64,000 bases of DNA, taken from a virus. Numbering within the stretch: position 1 is the first letter of the stretch; the number at the start of each line of letters is the position of its first letter. The position numbers and the translations under genes were made by a program. The stretch lies in IMG/VR virus record IMGVR_UViG_3300011115_000949, positions 35,849 to 99,848 of that record. One strand, given 5' to 3'. Shown one piece after another: positions 59,266-64,000 of the stretch. The notes under the pieces were generated by a model that ran no database searches, was not told the origin of the DNA, and saw only the letters and a list, made by a program, of their open reading frames with translations.

Positions 59266-60200
59266 ATTATTTGTAGTTTTTTCTCAAGTAAATTTGAGAA
59301 TGTTAGTGGTATGGTTTGTTGAACCAAATTTGTAAATCTTTCAAATCCCATTTCGCTTGGGTCTTTATCTTCTAGATTTACTAAATATACTTCTTTACCT
59401 TCGTTCATTAATGTTTCACAAAAGTTAAGAGATTGTTTAATAGCATCTTTGTCTAATGCTATATAAATTTTTCCTACAGAAGAATTTAATATTTTTTTCA
59501 TTAAACTCTTTTGAATTGTTTTACCCAACAATGGTATGGCATTACGTTTAATAGCAATAGCATCAAACATACCCTCACATAAAATAATAGGTACATTCCA
59601 ATTAATAAAAAGCTCTAACCCAACTATATTTCTAGAAACATCGGGGTTTTTATATTTTAAAGTAGAGTTTTTATCAAAGTTTCTTGCGGTAAAATAATTA
59701 AGATTTCCTTTATCATCGTACGATGGAATAATAATCATATTTGAAAATTTACCAAACTCACAATACCCGATATTATATTTAGTTATATCTGCTTTAGTAA
59801 TACCACGTTTATTTAAATATGATATTGCTTTTTTAGCTACTAAACTGTTTATAGGTGGTTTAACCAATGATATAAATTCCTCTGGTAGTGTAATTTTGGT
59901 AGATACTATTATTTCTTGTTTTTCATCTGTTGATGACGATTTAACTAAAAATCTTAGTTCACTAATTTTGTCAGGGTCAGCTGCTATTTTCTTAAATAAT
60001 GTAGTTAACTTTTTACCTTTAAAACCACACACCCAACATTGATATGATTGGAAATGGGGTGATGATTCTTCTAAATTAACTTCTAATTTAAGTTTATGGT
60101 GTTTGCAATTAGGACAGTGATACGCCCTATTACCTTTAGATGTGGGTCTACCCTTACCTAAAACAGAATCTATTAAATATACTAAAGCAGTATTAGACAT
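59262..60200 (-). CDS. DNA primase (DnaG-type)
   Basis: Zinc finger CPNC..H..CWVC, YLNKRGI, KYKNP, TOPRIM motifs CEGMFDA and LDKDA, and KDPSE. Confidence 0.9.
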   Translation of the reverse strand: MSNTALVYLIDSVLGKGRPTSKGNRAYHCPNCKHHKLKLEVNLEESSPHFQSYQCWVCGFKGKKLTTLFKKIAADPDKISELRFLVKSSSTDEKQEIIVSTKITLPEEFISLVKPPINSLVAKKAISYLNKRGITKADITKYNIGYCEFGKFSNMIIIPSYDDKGNLNYFTARNFDKNSTLKYKNPDVSRNIVGLELFINWNVPIILCEGMFDAIAIKRNAIPLLGKTIQKSLMKKILNSSVGKIYIALDKDAIKQSLNFCETLMNEGKEVYLVNLEDKDPSEMGFERFTNLVQQTIPLTFSNLLEKKLQII

Positions 60201-60233
60201 TGTATATAATGTAATAAAAATAGATTAACAAGC

Positions 60234-60680
60234 CTAGTTAAAATCTTTTCTAAAAAATTTACCAAGTATATTATCGTTGTACCATTTTTCAGGTTCTTCT
60301 AATACACCAAAGTAGAAAAGATATTTACACTCGTAGTAGGTTAATAACTTTTTATTGTCAACAAACTTTATTATTTCACGTTTAAATTCGTTGTGTTTAT
60401 TTTCTTTTAATAAATCAAGAATAGGTTTAGCTGAGCCGTGGTATGTTTTCCAATCAGATTCTTTTTGTACTTTTTTAGTTGATGATTTACGACCAGGACC
60501 TGATTGTTCCGCTAATTCTTTTTTAGTAAGTTTTTTTGTTAGGTTATGGTAAAGTGCTTTTTTACCTATATAAGACATTTTTGTAGGTTTATGAGTTACT
60601 ATATAAATAAACCCATAAGTGTTTTCAGGAAAGTCTTCTAATTTTTCTATAACCTCGTTATTGTATAACCAATTGTTCAT
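60234..60680 (-). CDS. GIY-YIG family nuclease
   Basis: YGFIYIVT..YIGKK..WKTYHGS..FKREII..E..YN. Confidence 0.75.
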   Translation of the reverse strand: MNNWLYNNEVIEKLEDFPENTYGFIYIVTHKPTKMSYIGKKALYHNLTKKLTKKELAEQSGPGRKSSTKKVQKESDWKTYHGSAKPILDLLKENKHNEFKREIIKFVDNKKLLTYYECKYLFYFGVLEEPEKWYNDNILGKFFRKDFN

Positions 60681-60683
60681 TTT

Positions 60684-61598
60684 TTATCTATCTATGTTTA
60701 TAATTATATTAGTATCTGTTGTTTTAGAACCAGGTAGTGGTTTTGATAATTTAGCAACAGCTAATAAATCTTGATTTTCATTATATAATCCTACAGTTGT
60801 GATATATGGGGTAAAAAACGATCCTGTAGCATAATCGTATAATGTACTTCCTGAAAGTAAGGTTGGGTTAAAACTTGCATTAAATTCACTTTCACGAATA
60901 GTACATTTATATTGAGTTTCATAAATAGTATAAGTACTATCAAATGACATTGTTACATTTGAACTAGTAACAAATCCATTTATAAGTGAACTACTATAAG
61001 TAGAATTTGTTAAAGTAATGATACCGTGAGGATAAATAATATTTCCTACTACAACATTTGATGTAGAACCGGATGTATATAATATGTTTCCTTCTCCATC
61101 ATCTGTTAAACTACCACTAATTGGTGATATTAAAGTAAAACTTTTAGGTCTTAAAAGTTCACCATATAAAGAAACTGGTATAGAAATTACTCCTAATTGT
61201 GATGCAGATCCTGTAGGAAAATATCTAGAGGCAGTTAAAGTAGATTGTAAATAATTATCAAATATAGGTTGTTGATTTATATTTCCGCTTAATTGAATTA
61301 TAATCCCATTTTCATCAGTAAATTGGGCTGATTCATCTCCGTAACTTGAAGATATAAAATTTGAATAATATAATTCTTTAATTGAATTATAAACTAAAAA
61401 CTGATAAGAACCGGTATTTATAAAACCTGTTGTTGGACCTAGGTCTCCGCTTGATGATAATGGATAATTAGTACCTATATAACGATCAATTCCTATACTT
61501 GAGGATATAAAATCATTCCCTAATATGGTAAAACTTTTATTTACCGGAAATGGGGTGACTATTATATCTTGAGATAAGAATTGTTTGAATACACTCAT
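60684..61598 (-). CDS. Virion structural protein (baseplate/tail-associated)
   Basis: C-terminal YITTVGLYN...LLAVAKLSKPL domain shared with the next gene; [S/T]GS rich. Confidence 0.6.
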   Translation of the reverse strand: MSVFKQFLSQDIIVTPFPVNKSFTILGNDFISSSIGIDRYIGTNYPLSSSGDLGPTTGFINTGSYQFLVYNSIKELYYSNFISSSYGDESAQFTDENGIIIQLSGNINQQPIFDNYLQSTLTASRYFPTGSASQLGVISIPVSLYGELLRPKSFTLISPISGSLTDDGEGNILYTSGSTSNVVVGNIIYPHGIITLTNSTYSSSLINGFVTSSNVTMSFDSTYTIYETQYKCTIRESEFNASFNPTLLSGSTLYDYATGSFFTPYITTVGLYNENQDLLAVAKLSKPLPGSKTTDTNIIINIDR

Positions 61599-61601
61599 TC
61601 A

Positions 61602-62630
61602 TTAAAAGTCTAATTTAACTCTTACCAACATTTCTTTTGTAAAGTTTTTCTTTAAAGGTTTAGATAGTTTTGCAACAGCTAATAATTCATTATTATCATT
61701 ATATAAACCAACAGTTGTAATATATGTTTCAGGATTATTTATAAAACTATCGTATAATACTGATCCATTACTTCCTGAGATGTATGATGGGTTTTCTGAG
61801 TAGTTGAATTCTGCGTTTCTTGCTCTTACATATATAAAATCAGATGTAATTGTTTCTTGTGAATTTAATGTAAAATTAGCTCCACCAGAAATAGCACTAA
61901 ATAATGTTCTATTATTATATCCTAAGTCATTAAAACTACGACTTGTATTTAAAATAATACCGCCATTAGCTGCAGTTGCTCCTAATGCTAAAGGATTTAA
62001 CATTAAAATTCCAATATCAGGTAAAAACCAACCATATGAACCAGAAGTGGCGTTTGAACCTCCAGCGTACCCCAAAGCATTAGTACCTGTATAAACTGTA
62101 CCTGCTGATCCACTAACTAAATTATATAAACGACCTGCATCTGTAAATACATTAGTTGTTGATACTTTAGAATTATCTGTTAATGTAACTGAGTGAGAAC
62201 CGGACGTTAATTTTAATGTTAATGAACCTGGAAGAAGTGATTCTTTGTACCTATTTCTGTCTATATTTATAACATAAAAGCCAGAAGCAGTTATATTACC
62301 AAATATAAAACTAGAATTTTCATCTCCTAAAACTAAACTTCTATATTGTCCGTAAATTGTTCTAGTTGGTGATGATCCCGTAACTGAAAGATCATAAAAA
62401 TAACTTCCACTGCCTTGAGAGTCTCCGTATGTAATATCAAATTGAACTTCAGAACCTGATATTAAAGATGCAGTTTGGTAAACACTTAGATAATATTGTC
62501 CTGTAGTTGCTTCTTGAATTGAAGAAGTAAAAAATACAGATAATTTAGGAGAAAATCCAGTCCATAAAGCATTGGTTACTGCTTCAGATGATAATACAAA
62601 ATCTTCAGGGTCTAATCTTTTGAATGACAT
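61602..62630 (-). CDS. Virion structural protein, paralog of 60684..61598
   Basis: EFNYSENP..YITTVGLYNDNNELLAVAKLSKPL. Confidence 0.6.
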   Translation of the reverse strand: MSFKRLDPEDFVLSSEAVTNALWTGFSPKLSVFFTSSIQEATTGQYYLSVYQTASLISGSEVQFDITYGDSQGSGSYFYDLSVTGSSPTRTIYGQYRSLVLGDENSSFIFGNITASGFYVINIDRNRYKESLLPGSLTLKLTSGSHSVTLTDNSKVSTTNVFTDAGRLYNLVSGSAGTVYTGTNALGYAGGSNATSGSYGWFLPDIGILMLNPLALGATAANGGIILNTSRSFNDLGYNNRTLFSAISGGANFTLNSQETITSDFIYVRARNAEFNYSENPSYISGSNGSVLYDSFINNPETYITTVGLYNDNNELLAVAKLSKPLKKNFTKEMLVRVKLDF

Positions 62631-62649
62631 ATTTTATTTTTTAATTTTA

Positions 62650-63306
62650 TTAAACTTTAACAATAGTTACAGGTATAGTTAATCTAGCTCCAGAATCACG
62701 ACCTACAACAGTTAATGAAGCATATAATTGAGTATAAGTATTTCCAAATAATGTATTAACAGTAGTAGCTGTTAGATTAATTGTAGTACCTACTACAGTT
62801 TTAGATACATTAGTACCTACGGTAGTTGTCAAGTTTAATGCTTGAGCATCCGCTGTATTAATACCTACTCCAGTAAAAGTATTAAATAAACGAGCATCAG
62901 ATATAGTTGTAGTATATCCTGAGCTTTCAAATACTTGGTTATTACCTAAATAATTTAATGTTTGTGGAGTAATTGCTAATGATGCTCCTTGTTTAAGTAC
63001 TATAGAAGAGTAACCTAAGTTAAGAATTGGTAATTTAGAAGTACCACGTGGTAAAGTAGCTAACTTATATTTCATTATTTGAGTTTCTTGAGGAAACGCT
63101 TCTAATAAAGGCATGTTTTCAATAGCTTGACCATAGTATGCCGAGCCAGATGGATGAGTTGGGTTATACATTGTATAATCTATTTCATCATCTGCTAATG
63201 AAAATTGTGTAATTCTAAAACTTCCATCACCTCTGGCTAGTAATTCTCTGCCTTTTTTAGTTAAGATGGCATCAACTGTTACTACTGTGTTATTTAAATA
63301 TCCCAT
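62650..63306 (-). CDS. Virion structural protein
   Basis: MGYLNN..VDAILTKKGRELLA..ITQFSLADDEIDY; ATATTTATAA motif upstream. Confidence 0.6.
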   Translation of the reverse strand: MGYLNNTVVTVDAILTKKGRELLARGDGSFRITQFSLADDEIDYTMYNPTHPSGSAYYGQAIENMPLLEAFPQETQIMKYKLATLPRGTSKLPILNLGYSSIVLKQGASLAITPQTLNYLGNNQVFESSGYTTTISDARLFNTFTGVGINTADAQALNLTTTVGTNVSKTVVGTTINLTATTVNTLFGNTYTQLYASLTVVGRDSGARLTIPVTIVKV

Positions 63307-63333
63307 TTGTTATTGATTTTTATTATAAATATA

Positions 63334-63999
63334 TTAAGGTTTAGGTTTAGTTCCAAATTTTTCAGCTATAGTATTAGCATTATTTTTAATAAATGGTGAA
63401 ACTGTTTGAGTTGTAAAATATCCATTAATATCTGTAGATATATTTGTTTTTAATTTATCTAATATAATGTTTGATCCTGTTGAAGAATTTCTCCAGATAC
63501 ATGCCGATGCTGATATAGCTGTTCCATTAAATCCATATTGTATATTATATGAAACGGCACTACTAGTATTGGGGAATCTTGCTATTAATGATGTTTGATT
63601 TGTAACTGAGTTAGAAGATGCTGACATTATTCTAAATATACCATAACTATTAAATAATCTTTCTTCGGGTTTAGAACTAGTTAGTATAGATGCAGTAGGC
63701 ATAAAAAATCTTAAATCCATTGGATATATTTGATTTCTATTGTATGGTGTTAATGGAATAGGTACACTTCCTGAGATGAAAGATATATACCATTCATCAT
63801 TGTTGGCTAGTGAACTTGAAACTCTTAACCAAAATTCATATTGGCTCATAGGAGTTCCAGTCGTGAAATTACCATTAGCATCAGATACTAAAGGAACAGG
63901 ACCATTTATATTACCGGGGGCGTTTTGAGTTATAGTCCCAAACCAAACATTACCAGAATTGGTTGGTATAAAACTAGTAAAACTGCTTGGACCATTTGG
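63334..63999 (-). CDS. C-terminal part of a larger structural protein (runs off the right edge)
   Basis: The frame of ORF 63334..63849 stays open to the window end (PNGPSSFTSFIPTNSGNVWF...). Confidence 0.65.
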   Translation of the reverse strand, partial: PNGPSSFTSFIPTNSGNVWFGTITQNAPGNINGPVPLVSDANGNFTTGTPMSQYEFWLRVSSSLANNDEWYISFISGSVPIPLTPYNRNQIYPMDLRFFMPTASILTSSKPEERLFNSYGIFRIMSASSNSVTNQTSLIARFPNTSSAVSYNIQYGFNGTAISASACIWRNSSTGSNIILDKLKTNISTDINGYFTTQTVSPFIKNNANTIAEKFGTKPKP

Positions 64000-64000
64000 A

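Larger units (their letters stand above)
8880..63331 (-). promoter_or_regulatory. Recurrent ATATTTATAA late-promoter-like motif (dispersed)
   Basis: Plus-strand TATAAATA starts at 8880, 12284, 13398, 13964, 16351, 19303, 25907, 26962, 31231, 34611, 39532, 40653, 40706, 42375, 45080, 51372, 53917, 58461 and 63324, each in a short gap just upstream of a minus-strand ATG. Confidence 0.8.

Noticed and set aside
8880-63331. TATAAATA read as T4-type late promoters firing on the plus strand
   Set aside because: They would point antisense into the ends of upstream genes. Their consistent position just before minus-strand ATGs favours the opposite orientation.
5068-63928. Numerous plus-strand ORFs in the track
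   Set aside because: They are antisense shadows of long minus-strand genes, mostly with non-ATG starts and no recognisable motifs. Promoter-like motifs and terminators all point to minus-strand transcription.
1-64000. tRNA genes or stop-codon reassignment
   Set aside because: No cloverleaf was seen in the few long intergenic gaps. Core genes are full length under the standard code, and TAA, TAG and TGA are all used as stops.

Overview
A 64-kb, AT-rich segment of a large T4-like myovirus, with essentially all genes on the minus strand and the standard genetic code. The host is probably Bacteroidota, inferred from TTTG-N19/20-TAnnTT promoters, A-rich leaders without a consistent Shine-Dalgarno sequence, and an Hc1-like gene. 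The window holds most of the morphogenesis module: terminase, portal, prohead protease, scaffold, major capsid, fibres, neck, sheath, tube, tail chaperone, tape measure, and baseplate with an amidase-tipped hub. It also holds primase, a PD-(D/E)xK nuclease, a partial family-A polymerase, PhoH, a DenV-like glycosylase and putative lysis genes. The most striking unexplained structure is a region of about 28 kb (30.6-58.4 kb) in which about 20 mostly unrelated ORFs carry short terminal peptides, usually ending at I/L-x-E. One peptide family (F-x-R-M-x-x-L-A-G) copies the C-terminus of the scaffold protein. I interpret this as a modular capsid-cargo addressing system that loads enzymes (nucleotidyltransferases, HAD nucleotidase, methyltransferase, wHTH proteins) into the head. 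Other observations are a split FAD oxidoreductase gene with a homing-endonuclease relic, a +1/-2 frameshift candidate in the tail chaperone, three structured RNA candidates, a recurrent ATATTTATAA promoter-like motif, and strong [S/T]GS enrichment in outer virion proteins. All calls are from motif recognition by eye; no database searches were run.
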